Assembly (NCBI GenBank): GCA_963720755.1
Contig: CAVRGP010000011.1
Coordinates: forward strand, 352,001-416,000
Source of the DNA: an uncultured Chloroflexia bacterium
Lineage (GTDB): Bacteria > Chloroflexota > Limnocylindria > Limnocylindrales > CSP1-4
Reading direction: 5' to 3'
Length of the DNA stretch: 64,000 nt
Within the stretch, counting starts at the first letter, position 1; each line of letters begins with the position of its first letter. Shown one piece after another: positions 29,535 to 39,561 of this stretch. The position numbers and the translations under genes are program-made. Under the pieces are notes generated by a model that searched no databases, was not told where the DNA came from, and saw nothing but the letters and a program-made list of their open reading frames with translations.

Positions 29535-32500
29535 ATGACCATAGCGGGACCGGTGCGTCGGTCGACCTCGGCCGTCACGAAGGCCATCCTAGCGACGCTG
29601 ATCGTCGCCCTCCTGGCGCTGAGCTGCCAGGCGCCACCACCACCGAGTCCGCCCGCAGGTCCGTCCCCATCACCTGCCGTCGCGCTCCCACCGACGAGCC
29701 CGCTCATCGTCAACCTCGATCGGATCGGAGGCGGCACGACCGCGCATCTCGGTTATCCCGTCCCGCTCACGGTCGCGGCACTCGGCATGCGCGGGATCAG
29801 CGCGTTCGAGCTGTGGGCGGGGGGGATCGGGTGGAGTTCACGTCACCTCGCGACCCGAGCCGCCCAGCCGCCACGGCGCGATGGGACTGGATTCCCGCGA
29901 CGACGGGCGATGTCGTTCTCGTGGCCCGCGCGTTCGACTCGACGGGTCACGCCAGTCAGTCGTCCCCGATCAGGATCCACGTCGTCACGGCGCCGCCGGT
30001 GACCTACCGGCTGATCGAGGTCGCCGCGGACGGAGGTGAGAGCCTCGCCTCGATCGTTGCCGCGAATGGCGGTGATCCAAGCGTCGCTTCTTACTGGAAC
30101 GGCGCCCTGCCCGATGATTCGCTCCCCGCGGGGACGACCGTCGCCGTGCCCGTCCGGGACCCGACGCCTCCGCCACCGTCCGCATCGCTCCCGGCGGGCA
30201 CGCCCGGCCTCGCGGACGCAGTGCTCGCCGCAGATCTGGCGCATCCGGTGCCGGCGGGACTCGAGACGCCCTCGCTGGAGCTCACGGTGAAGGGCTGCAC
30301 GATCACCGGCAAGACAACCGGCGGCACGAACGCCACGACCGGCTTTTCCTACTCGGTCTTGCCACCTGCCTCCAATTCCTTCCTGCATCTACCCTCGACT
30401 GGCGGCTCCGGCGGCGGCGCCACGACGACCTTCTATGCGCTCGGCGGAAGGAACTATGTCACCGTGTCCGAGTTCTCACGGGACGCTGGGACGCCCTCGG
30501 CGATCGTGCCCGTCGATGTGCCACGCGAGTGCGGAGCCGGGCGCTGGAGCGGCACGGCGCGCCTCGACGGCGGCCAGCTCGTGACAGACCAGGCCGTTGA
30601 TCGCGCCTACCTGTACCTCAGAGCCGGGGCCGGCGATTGGCAGCGAGTGCCGACGAGCGCAGACTCGTTCGTCGAGGCGACCGACGGTGTCCTGGACTTC
30701 AGGCCGGTCCTCCCCGCGGTCATGAACGCCGATCTCGCCCTCGAAGCGTGGGGATGGCGAGGTGGCACGCTCGTCAACCTGGGGAGCGGGACCTACGTCC
30801 CCCCGGCGGGATCGCTGTACCTTGGCGCCGCCGGCGATGCGGCAAAGCTCGCGGCCGGGCTGGGTACGAGCCTTGACATCCAGATCCACGCAGGGACGCC
30901 GGAATTCCACGAGGTGCTGTCGCGGGATTCGACGATCGATCGTCCTGGCCCGAACTCCACCAGCGCGAGCCGAACGTTCAAGTGGTCGACGACGGACGGG
31001 GGCGTGACGGGTCTCCAGTGGCAGCTCCTGCCGTACCCGGTCACCAATTCGACCGTAACGACCCCACCATTCCTCCTCGACACGGGAACGATCGACGTCC
31101 ACGGCCTCTCGACCGGCACGTTCTCGATCGATCTCAAGCCGTATCTCGGCGGGAAGACAGCCGGGGTCACCTCGGCCAGCGCCTGGGGCCAGAACCAGCT
31201 CATCACCAAGCTCACCCAGATCGCAGCCAGCGAGGCTGCTGGTGGGCCTGCGGCAGCCAGCCAGGTCGTGCTGAACCAGAATGGGATCTGGCGACCCAGT
31301 CCGACGCCAAGCGCCGGATCCGGCGCCATCGGCGGCGGCACCTCCGGCCTGACCATCGGTTCGGCGGACAGCCTCTCGCAACTCCCGCTCACGATCAACG
31401 CCCTGTACCTCCGAGTCATCCCATACGCCGGCACGACCCCGGCCGGCGACGCGTCGAACCTTGTCTCGCTGAAAGTCGTCGAACCGGACGATCCGCTCTA
31501 CTTCGATACGTCCCCGCCGCCACCGGCGCCCATGTACAACGATGCGTACACCCAGCACGCGATCTTCTATGCGCCGACCGGCTCCAACCCCCATGCCTTC
31601 CATTGCGTCCGGGTGGTGAAGGGTGGATTCAGCGTGCCGATCTGGGGTGACTGGACCGACGGGACGACCCACTGCAGGCCTGAGGACGACGGTGGCTGGT
31701 CGCTCTCGGACGCCTTCGAGGCGTTTGTCGACTGGGTCGGCGGCATCTGGGACTGGGTGAGCGACGCCTACGGCTGGGTCGAGGACCAGGTCGTGAACGT
31801 CGTCCTCGCCCTCGTCCCCTGCCAGCAGATCGCCGACCAGGTGTCCGACAGCGGCAAGGAGATCTGCAAGACGATCGCCAAGACCGGACTGCAGGCGGTC
31901 ATGGTGTCGTTCGGGATCCCGCCGGAGATCCCGAACTGGGAGTCCACGATCTCGGCGGCGAAAGGCGACCTCAAGGACTTCGTCCTCGAGAACGCGGACC
32001 AGCTACCAGGTGTCAGCGAAGCCTGCGCCGCGGCCACCGCAGCCCACGCGGCGAAGGGCAGCTTCCCGACGTGCGATGCCCTCGTCGAGAAGGTCATCGC
32101 CGAGGCGACCTCGCGCATCGCCGCACAGCGGAGCAGCGCGGCCGCAGCCAATGCCGGCGTGCTGGTGCCCGATGGGGTCACCGTCGAGCCGGATCCGCGT
32201 GGGATGCCACAGCCGCCCCATTTCGATATCACCCTGACGAGGACGAACGCCGCGCTCCCGACCGGGGTCGACTGCACGATGACCGGGAGCATGACCAGCA
32301 CACTCGACGACTGGAACTGGGACGAGTGGAAGTGGATGAATGGCCGCGGCACGTTCACGACCAAGTCGGGAACCGTCACCGGCGAGCCCTTCACGAGGGT
32401 GACCCAGGACATCGCGCGTCTGGCTCCAGGCGAGTCTGTCACCTATCAGCTTTGGCTCACCAAGAAGACCATGTGGTTCGAACCGGACGGACTCAATGAC

Positions 32501-32653
32501 TTCTATGCCAAGCAATACGCCCTGGGCAACGGGGATATCAACCACGATTGGGTCCTGCTGCAGAAGGGCGCAACCGTCGTGGGTCGCCTCGCCGGCAATT
32601 GCATCCCCGGTGGCACACTCACGCAAGTGCTCGACGGGCAGGCATCAGATTGA
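29535..32653 (+). pseudogene. Large lipoprotein (Ig-like and LysM-like domains plus unknown C-terminus), split by a frameshift in a G7 run at 29819-29825
   Basis: ORF 29535 has lipobox LALSC and ends sensibly at ELWAGG; adding one G joins it to DRVEF...WDWIP...VARAFD of ORF 29813-32653. Confidence 0.7.
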
Positions 32654-33447
32654 CGCTGCGACGCTCGCTCCTGATCGCGGCCCTGATGGTTTCCGTGGCG
32701 CTGGCGAGCACGAGTCTGGCCGCGGCCGCGACCAAACCGTCAGCCTGGATCGACGAGCCCCTGCCCGGGGCCGTGCTTGAACTTGGTCAGATCCGCGTGA
32801 CCGTCCATGCTGCCGATCGCGGCGGGATCGCGAACGTGCGCTTCCTCGTGGATGGCAACGATGCCGCGACGATCGCGGCCCCCGAGGGCGATTTGGTCAC
32901 CGTCCCATGGATGTGGGCCTCCCCGACGCCCGGCCAGCATATGATCACGATCCTGGCTGCGGCCAGCGGCGGTTCCACGTCGGATCCCGCATCTGTCGCC
33001 GTCACGATCGAGGGTCCGCCGGTAGCGTCTCCTTCTCCCGTCCCGACCCCGACGCTTGCCCCGACACCGATCCCGACGCCCAAACCGACCCCGAGGCCGA
33101 CCGCGAAACCGACGCCGGCGCCCTGCACACCGCCGATGCCCGACAGGCTGAACCCGACGGACTTCTTCCTGGTGCAGGCATCGGCGAACCCACCCACAGT
33201 CAGGTGGGCGTACGGAACGCCACCCGCCTGTGCCCCGAGCGGTTTCCGCGTCTCCATCGTGGATTCGCCATCAACGGGATACAGCGTCACGTCAGGCGTT
33301 CTGCCAGCGACCGCGGAATCGTGGACTCCGCCGGCCGCACTGCCGATCACGCCCAGCTGCCTGAACTACCAATGGACCTTCGACGTGCTTCGCTCGGACG
33401 GCTCGGTCGGTCAGACGGTGAGCCGCACCTTGGCTGCCTGCCCCTGA
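32650..33447 (+). CDS. Secreted Ig-like-domain protein with PT-rich linker
   Basis: TTG overlapping upstream TGA, signal peptide, WIDEPL..VRFLVDG..W..P.PG.H.I pattern of bacterial Ig-like domains. Confidence 0.7.
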   Translation: MTLRRSLLIAALMVSVALASTSLAAAATKPSAWIDEPLPGAVLELGQIRVTVHAADRGGIANVRFLVDGNDAATIAAPEGDLVTVPWMWASPTPGQHMITILAAASGGSTSDPASVAVTIEGPPVASPSPVPTPTLAPTPIPTPKPTPRPTAKPTPAPCTPPMPDRLNPTDFFLVQASANPPTVRWAYGTPPACAPSGFRVSIVDSPSTGYSVTSGVLPATAESWTPPAALPITPSCLNYQWTFDVLRSDGSVGQTVSRTLAACP

Positions 33448-33534
33448 CCGGAGTTCGGCCAGGCCGCGACCCTGTCGAAGTCGACCTCATGGATCCCGGG
33501 CCTTCCCGTCCGGCCGCCAAGTAGACTTCGCGGA

Positions 33535-34923
33535 GTGACGACCGATATCGCCTCGGATCCGCTGGTCGCGGCGATCCGCGCCCGGCTGCCGGCCACGCGA
33601 CTCCTGACCGAGCCGCTCGATCGCGAGAGCTACCGACTCGACGAGACGGCCTACCTGCACGCCGGGTTGCCCGGTGCCGTCGCGTTCCCAACGACGACCG
33701 GGGAGGTCGTCGAGCTGGTGCGCATCGCCGCCGAGCTTCGCATCCCGATCGTTCCTCGAGGTGCCGGGACCGGCCTTTCGGGTGGCGCGGCCGGCATCGA
33801 GGGTGCCCTCACCGTCGCCTTCACTGCGATGGACAAGATCGTCGAGATCGATCGCGAGAACCTGGTGGCGGTCGTCCAGCCCGGGGTCATCAACGCCGAC
33901 CTCAAGGCCGCGGTCGCCGCGCATGGGTTGTTCTACCCACCCGACCCGGCCAGCTTCGAGCTGTGCTCGATCGGCGGCAATCTGGGCACCAATGCCGGCG
34001 GCCTGTGCTGCGTGAAGTACGGACAGACGCGCGAATCCGTCCTCTCGCTCGAGGTGGTCATGGCCGACGGGGCCGTGATCCGGACCGGTGGCCGGAACAT
34101 CAAGGACGTGGCCGGGTACGCGCTGACCCACCTGTTCGTGGGCAGCCAGGGGACGCTCGCGATCACGACCGAGGCGACCCTCAAGCTCCGGCCGGCGCCG
34201 CCCCCGCGCCTGACCATGCTGGCCTTCTTCCCGACGCTCGAATCGGCGGGCGATGCGGTCGCGGCGATCGCCGCCGCGGGCCTCACCCCGGTGACCCTCG
34301 AGTTGCTCGATCGGTTCACGATCGCGGCCGTCGACGACATGAACGACCTGGGCCTGGATCGCTCCGCTGCGGCGATGCTGATGATCGAGTCGGACATGCC
34401 GGGCGTCGCGGCGACCGCGGAGCTCGAGTTGGCCGATACGGCCTGCCGTGGGGCTGGTGCCACCGATGTCGTCCGGGCCGCCGATGCCCAGGAAGCCGAC
34501 TGGCTGCGGCAGGCGCGCCGGGCGGCCCACTACGCCCTCGAACGGCTCGGCGATGTCCGGATGGAGGATGTCGGGGTACCCCGGTCGCGCGTCCCGGAGA
34601 TGCTTCGGGAGATCGAGCGCATCGCTGCCCGGCACGACGTCCGGATCGGGACATTCGGGCACGTGGGTGACGGCAACCTCCACCCGGATCTGGTCTTCGA
34701 TCGCGATGACCCCACGGCCGAGGCGAAGACCGAGGCGGTCAAGAGGGACCTCTATCGGGCGGCGCTCGACCTGGGCGGCACGGTCACCGGGGAGCACGGC
34801 ATCGGCAGCGCGCGACGCGAATGGCTGGAGATCCAGCGTGGCCCGGATGCGGTCCGGGTGATGCGCGCGATCAAGTCGGCCCTGGACCCGCTGGGGATCC
34901 TCAACCCGGGGCGCGTCCTCTAG
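33535..34923 (+). CDS. glcD: FAD-linked oxidase, glycolate oxidase GlcD-like
   Basis: PRGAGTGLSGG, YPPDPAS, TNAGG.CCVKYG, GSQGTL, HVGDGNLH, GEHGIG, LNPG. Confidence 0.85.
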   Translation: MTTDIASDPLVAAIRARLPATRLLTEPLDRESYRLDETAYLHAGLPGAVAFPTTTGEVVELVRIAAELRIPIVPRGAGTGLSGGAAGIEGALTVAFTAMDKIVEIDRENLVAVVQPGVINADLKAAVAAHGLFYPPDPASFELCSIGGNLGTNAGGLCCVKYGQTRESVLSLEVVMADGAVIRTGGRNIKDVAGYALTHLFVGSQGTLAITTEATLKLRPAPPPRLTMLAFFPTLESAGDAVAAIAAAGLTPVTLELLDRFTIAAVDDMNDLGLDRSAAAMLMIESDMPGVAATAELELADTACRGAGATDVVRAADAQEADWLRQARRAAHYALERLGDVRMEDVGVPRSRVPEMLREIERIAARHDVRIGTFGHVGDGNLHPDLVFDRDDPTAEAKTEAVKRDLYRAALDLGGTVTGEHGIGSARREWLEIQRGPDAVRVMRAIKSALDPLGILNPGRVL

Positions 34924-35041
34924 CCGAGGTCGGGCCGGCCCGAGCCCCTCGCCCGGGCCACGATTGACGGTCCGGCTCTCATGCGAGCGGGTCGCCGATC
35001 CGGGCCAAGGATTCAGTCACGTCCCTCGTGCGGTCAAGTTG

Positions 35042-35133
35042 CCTGGCAGGACGCCGAGGCAGGCTACCTGGCAGAACATCGACGCAGGCTACCTGGCAGG
35101 ACGCCGAGGCAGGCTACCTGGCAGAACGTTCAC
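35042..35133. repeat. 25-bp-period tandem repeat gcaggctacctggcagRac
   Basis: Units at 35042 (partial), 35059, 35084, 35109, alternating ggacgccgag / gaac tails. Confidence 0.9.
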
Positions 35134-35291
35134 CCAGGGATCCTTATGCGAGATCCCGGGGCCGTCCAGCTTTGGTGGGCTGACTCGCCACGCTCGCGTC
35201 GCCCTGCCCGGCTGTCTCGTTTCGCCTGGATCCAGCCGATATCGCGGGATGGATCCGGCGTTACGGTCTGCTGGGGAGAATCCTGCCAGGT
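35116..35291. repeat. ~176-bp TIR element (copy 3)
   Basis: Left acctggcagaacgttcacccagggatccttatgcgagatcc; reverse complement of right end acctggcaggattctccccagcagaccgtaacgccggatcc. Confidence 0.68.
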
Positions 35292-35310
35292 TGGGTCGCG
35301 CCGGATCCTC

Positions 35311-35431
35311 CGCCCAGCATCCACGTCCCCAGGGCCACGCCCCCGCCCGCCCCGCGCTCGGGCCTACGCCCCCGCCCAGCATCCACGTCCCCAAGGCCTA
35401 CGCCCCCGCCCAGCATCCACGTCCCGAGGGC
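35311..35431. repeat. Direct repeat array, 19-bp core cgcccagcatccacgtccc x3
   Basis: Copies at 35311, 35373, 35407 with ggcc(t)acgccccc linkers. Confidence 0.88.
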
Positions 35432-35436
35432 CGCGG

Positions 35437-35506
35437 TTGACACGATCGGCGCGCGCCCGGATGATGCCCGTATCGTGCATGCACATCTGTCAGATACAAA
35501 CGTGCA
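35437..35506 (+). promoter_or_regulatory. Sigma70-type promoter and probable operator of SorC-family regulator
   Basis: TTGACA 35437, 17-nt spacer, GATGAT 35460; imperfect palindrome tgcacatctgt-cagat-acaaacgtgca 35480-35506. Confidence 0.6.
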
Positions 35507-35515
35507 AGACGGCCG

Positions 35516-36484
35516 ATGAGCGACTTCGAGCAGCTCGTTCGGGCGAGCCGTCTGTACTACGAGCTTGGCGAGACGCAGAACGACATCGCGACCCAGCTGG
35601 GCGTGACTCGACCGCAGGTGTCGCGGTTGCTCAAGCGGGCTCGAGCCGAGGGGATCGTCGAGATCCGGATCATCGACAAGACTGCGGTCGAGAGCCCGGC
35701 TGCGACCGAACTGTGTCGACGCTACGACCTCCACGCCGTTCACCTCGCCCCGACGGTCGCCGGGCCTGAAGATCTGACCCACCGGATGGTCGGGCGCCTC
35801 GCGGCCGACGTCCTGCGTGGCGTCCTGCGCGCGAGGGCCATCGTCGGCATCGGTGACGGCGTGTCCGTCGCTGCCACGGCGGCGGCCCTCGAGGAGGCGG
35901 CCACGCCGGTGGCCGTCACCGTCGTCCCGTTGTGCGGCGGCCACTGGTCGACGGGCATGGAGCGCGAACCCTACGGACGGGTCGCAGATGCGCTCGGCGC
36001 GCAGGTGCACGGGCTCATGTCGCCGGGTCTCGTGGACGACGCGGCGACCCGTCGGGCGCTCGTGGCACATGCCGGTGTCCGTGCGATCATCGACCTCTGG
36101 GACCGACTCGATGTCGTGCTCTTCGGGATCGGCGGGCCCGCCTGGACGGCCGCCCGGGTCGGGGATGCGGTGGAGCTGGAACTCGAGGAGGCCGAGGCCG
36201 TCGGGGAGGTGCTCGTCGCCCCGTTCGACCTCGACGGCCGGTTCGTCTGCCCGGCCCTGCGCGAGCGGGTCATCGCCCTCGACGCCCGCCGGCTCGGCCA
36301 GATCCCCGTGTCGATCGGGGTCGCCGCCGGTGAAGCAAAGGTGCGTCCGATCCTGGGTGCGCTTCGGGCCGGCGTGGTGAGCACGCTGGTCACGGACGTG
36401 GCCACGGCAGAAGCGGTCGTCGCCCTCGATGACCTGGCCGGAGTCGACCGGGTCGGGCGGCGTTTGCCTGAGGGCGCCCGATGA
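35516..36484 (+). CDS. Sugar-binding transcriptional regulator (SorC/DeoR/LsrR family)
   Basis: LYYELGETQ.DIA..LGVTRPQVSRLL HTH; GIG, GVAAG..KV..I.GALR, LVTD. Confidence 0.92.
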   Translation: MSDFEQLVRASRLYYELGETQNDIATQLGVTRPQVSRLLKRARAEGIVEIRIIDKTAVESPAATELCRRYDLHAVHLAPTVAGPEDLTHRMVGRLAADVLRGVLRARAIVGIGDGVSVAATAAALEEAATPVAVTVVPLCGGHWSTGMEREPYGRVADALGAQVHGLMSPGLVDDAATRRALVAHAGVRAIIDLWDRLDVVLFGIGGPAWTAARVGDAVELELEEAEAVGEVLVAPFDLDGRFVCPALRERVIALDARRLGQIPVSIGVAAGEAKVRPILGALRAGVVSTLVTDVATAEAVVALDDLAGVDRVGRRLPEGAR

Positions 36485-37957
36485 GCTCAGCGCGAACCGG
36501 TCGTCCTCGGGATCGATCTCGGCACGACCGAGGTCAAGGCGGGCCTGGTGACCCTCGATGGACGCCTCGTCGGTCTCGCCAGGAGTGGATACGACCTCGA
36601 TGTCAGCGGCGGCCACGGCTGGGCGGAGCAGGATCCAGGGGCCTGGTGGTCGGCCGTCGTCAGCGCGGTGCGAGCGCTGCGCGTCCACGATGTCCCGGCG
36701 GTCTTGGCGATCGGCGTGGACGGACACGGACCGACATTGGCGGCCGTTGACGCTCGCGGCGAGGCGACCCGGCCCGCGATCACGTTCCTGGACAACCGTG
36801 CCCACGAGGAAACGGCCGAGCTGGAGCGGACGACCGGGATCCGTGGCTGGGCCCTCGCCGGTCTCCCCGCGGCACTCTGGGTGGAGCGTCACGAGCCCGC
36901 CGTCGCCGAGGCGACACGCTGGTACCTCGCGACCTGGGAGTACCTGGCGTTCCGGTTGACCGGCATCGCCGCCGGACCGCTCGTCGCCGACCAGCTGATC
37001 GCGGATCCGGGCCTGGTGGTCGCGTCCGGGATCCCCGCGGCGAAGCTCCCTCCACCTTCCTCGACCGGCACGGTCGTCGGCGGCCTTGCCGAAGCGGCCG
37101 CCGAAGCCCTTGGTCTGGCGTCCGGGATCCCGGTCGTCGGTGGGACCGTCGACGCGTTCGCGAGCTATCTCGGGGCCGGCCTCCTCGAGCCCGGCGACGC
37201 CTTCGATCCCGGCGGTTCGGCCGGCGGCTTCGGGGTCTACTGGGATCGGCCGGTCGAGGTTCCCGGCGGCTTCGTCACGCCCGCGCCCATCCCCGGCCGG
37301 TTCAGCGTCGGAGCCGCGATGGCGGCGACCGGTCGGGCGCTCGACTGGTATCGCGACGAAGTCCTGGGAGACACGATCACCACCGATGCCCTGCTGACCG
37401 AGGCCGCTGCCACGCCGCCCGGTGCCGACGGCCTGATCTTCCTGCCGTATCTCGCCGGCGAGCGCTCGCCCATCTGGGATCCCGAAGCCAAGGCCGTGCT
37501 CGCCGGTCTCACCCTTGGTCACGGCCGTGGCCATATCGCTCGTGCCATCGTGGAGGCCTCGGCCCTCGCGATCCGCCACGTCGCCGAGCCGATGCTGGCC
37601 GCGGGCGTCCAGGTGACCGAGATGCGCGTCTGCGGCGGACCCGCGCGAAGTCCGTTCTGGAACGGCGTCAAGGCGGACGTCACCGGTTTCCCGGTGGCGG
37701 TACCTGCCGTCCTCGAGACCGCCGTTCTTGGCTCGGCGATCCTCGCGGCGGTCGGCATCCACGCGTATGGCGACCTGCCGGAAGCCATCCGGGCGATGAC
37801 CCGGATCGCCCACCGCGTCGAACCTCGCCGGGACCTCGCCGAGACGTACGACCGGGTCTACGAGGCGTATCGATCGCTCTATCCGGCGACCGCACCCATC
37901 CTTCGGCCCCTCGCCGGGATCATCGTGCCCGGCGGGTCCGTGCGGATGGCGACATGA
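36481..37957 (+). CDS. FGGY-family carbohydrate kinase (xylulokinase-like) with apparent frameshift at the 5' end
   Basis: VLGIDLGTT at 36503, EQDP..WW, GGTVD, LPYLAGERSP.WDP, RAIVE, GG..RS..W...KAD; ATG 36481 is out of frame with the body. Confidence 0.85.
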
Positions 37958-38790
37958 CCCCGATCCCGCCGGCCACGGGCCGGCTCGACCTGCGCGATGT
38001 GACGTTCGGCTTCACCGATCGATCGGGCAACCCGCTGCCGGTCCTCGATCGCATCGACCTGACGGTCGAAGGCGGTGGCATCGTCGCGCTCATCGGCCCG
38101 AACGGCTGCGGCAAGTCCACTCTGCTCCGGGTGGTCGCCGGGCTGTTGGCTCCGGATCGTGGCACTGCGCTCCTCGACGGGGTACCGGTCGATGGACCCG
38201 ATCCGAGGATCGGCCTCGTCTTCCAGGAACCTCGGCTGCTGCCGTGGCGTTCGATCGCCACCAACATCACCTATCCCCTCGAGCTCGCCGGTTGGTCGCC
38301 GGAGCGTCGAGCGCAGCGCCTGACGGCCCTGACCGACCTGGTCGGGATCGATCCGGCGGTCATGGGTGCGCGCCCGATCGAGCTGTCGGGCGGCACGCGG
38401 CAACGCGTCGCGCTGGCCCGGGCCCTGGCGCTCGAACCCGAGGTCCTGCTGCTCGACGAGCCATTCAGTGCGCTCGACGCGTTGACCCGTGAGCGCTTCG
38501 ACATGGAGATCCTTCGGCTGTGGGAGCGGGCTGGCACGACCATCGTGCTGGTCACCCACAGCATCCCGGAGGCGATCATGGTCGCCGACCGGGTCGTCGT
38601 CCTGTCGCCACGACCGGGCCGGATCGTCATCGACCTGCCGATCGACCTTCCGCGCCCGCGTTCGATCGCCGACCTGGACGCGGCGGCCGTGTCGCGGGCA
38701 TCGCGCGAGATCCGCGCCCACCTCGGAGAACCCGACCCGGCGGCGGACGCGATCGCGCCGGCCGACCTTCCGACGGAACTCGCGTCATGA
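37954..38790 (+). CDS. ABC transporter ATP-binding protein (NitT/TauT family)
   Basis: GPNGCGKS, FQEPRLLPW, LSGG, DEPFSALD, VTHSI.EA. Confidence 0.92.
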   Translation: MTPIPPATGRLDLRDVTFGFTDRSGNPLPVLDRIDLTVEGGGIVALIGPNGCGKSTLLRVVAGLLAPDRGTALLDGVPVDGPDPRIGLVFQEPRLLPWRSIATNITYPLELAGWSPERRAQRLTALTDLVGIDPAVMGARPIELSGGTRQRVALARALALEPEVLLLDEPFSALDALTRERFDMEILRLWERAGTTIVLVTHSIPEAIMVADRVVVLSPRPGRIVIDLPIDLPRPRSIADLDAAAVSRASREIRAHLGEPDPAADAIAPADLPTELAS

Positions 38791-39536
38791 ACCGGGCGAC
38801 CTTGCTGGCGGTGGCCGGCGCGTTCGTCTTCTTCGTCCTCGCCTGGAAGGCCGTGGTCATCGTCGGGGGTCTGCGGCCCTTCATCCTGCCCGGTCCGGAC
38901 GTGGTCGCCGGCCGGTTCGTCGGCGCCTGGCTCGACGGGACCGTCTGGCCGCACTTCGCGGTGACGATGGTCGAGATCCTGATCGGGTTCACGGTCGGGG
39001 CAGGACTTGCCCTGATCGTCGGCTACGGGCTGGCGCGGAGCGTCCTGTTCGAACGTCTTGCCTCGCCGTACCTCGTCGCGGCCCAGGCGATCCCGATCCT
39101 CGTCCTCGCGCCGCTGTTCGCCGTGTGGTTCGGGCCGGGGCTGCTCAGCAAAGTGGTCATCTGTGCCCTGATCGTCTTCTTCCCGGTGGCCATCGCCACG
39201 ATGGTCGGGTTCCGGTCCGTGGATCGACGGCTGATCGAGCTCGGGCGCAGCCTGCGGGCGACGCCCCGGCAGATCCTCGCCACCATCGAGATCCCCGCCG
39301 CGCTGCCCAACATCTTCGGCGGGCTGCGGGTCGGCGTGACCCTCGCGGTCATCGGCGCCATCGTCGGGGAGTGGGCCGGCGCCGACAAGGGATTGGCCGT
39401 CTTGATCAATCTGGCTCGCGGATCGCTGTTCGATATCCCGCTCATGTACGCCACGGTCGTCACCATCGCCCTGATCGGGGTGGCCATGTATCTCGTCGTC
39501 GTCTACGCGGAGCGTCGCCTCGTCGGCGCCCGGTAG
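38787..39536 (+). CDS. ABC transporter permease (NitT/TauT family, RibX-like)
   Basis: ILPGP, QAIP...LAPL..WFG, PAALP, GAIVGEW; ATGA overlap. Confidence 0.9.
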   Translation: MNRATLLAVAGAFVFFVLAWKAVVIVGGLRPFILPGPDVVAGRFVGAWLDGTVWPHFAVTMVEILIGFTVGAGLALIVGYGLARSVLFERLASPYLVAAQAIPILVLAPLFAVWFGPGLLSKVVICALIVFFPVAIATMVGFRSVDRRLIELGRSLRATPRQILATIEIPAALPNIFGGLRVGVTLAVIGAIVGEWAGADKGLAVLINLARGSLFDIPLMYATVVTIALIGVAMYLVVVYAERRLVGAR

Positions 39537-39561
39537 CCTGCCTGTCGTTTCGGAGGTCCTC

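Noticed and set aside
35042-35431. Possible mini-CRISPR arrays
   Set aside because: Periods of 25-34 bp, intervening sequences are short and repeated rather than unique spacers, and no cas genes are present
35261-37813. 850-aa minus-strand ORF and many other long antisense ORFs (e.g. 9205-10851, 42457-44385, 48864-50495)
   Set aside because: They shadow well-supported genes on the other strand or frame, lack motifs, and are expected in high-GC DNA
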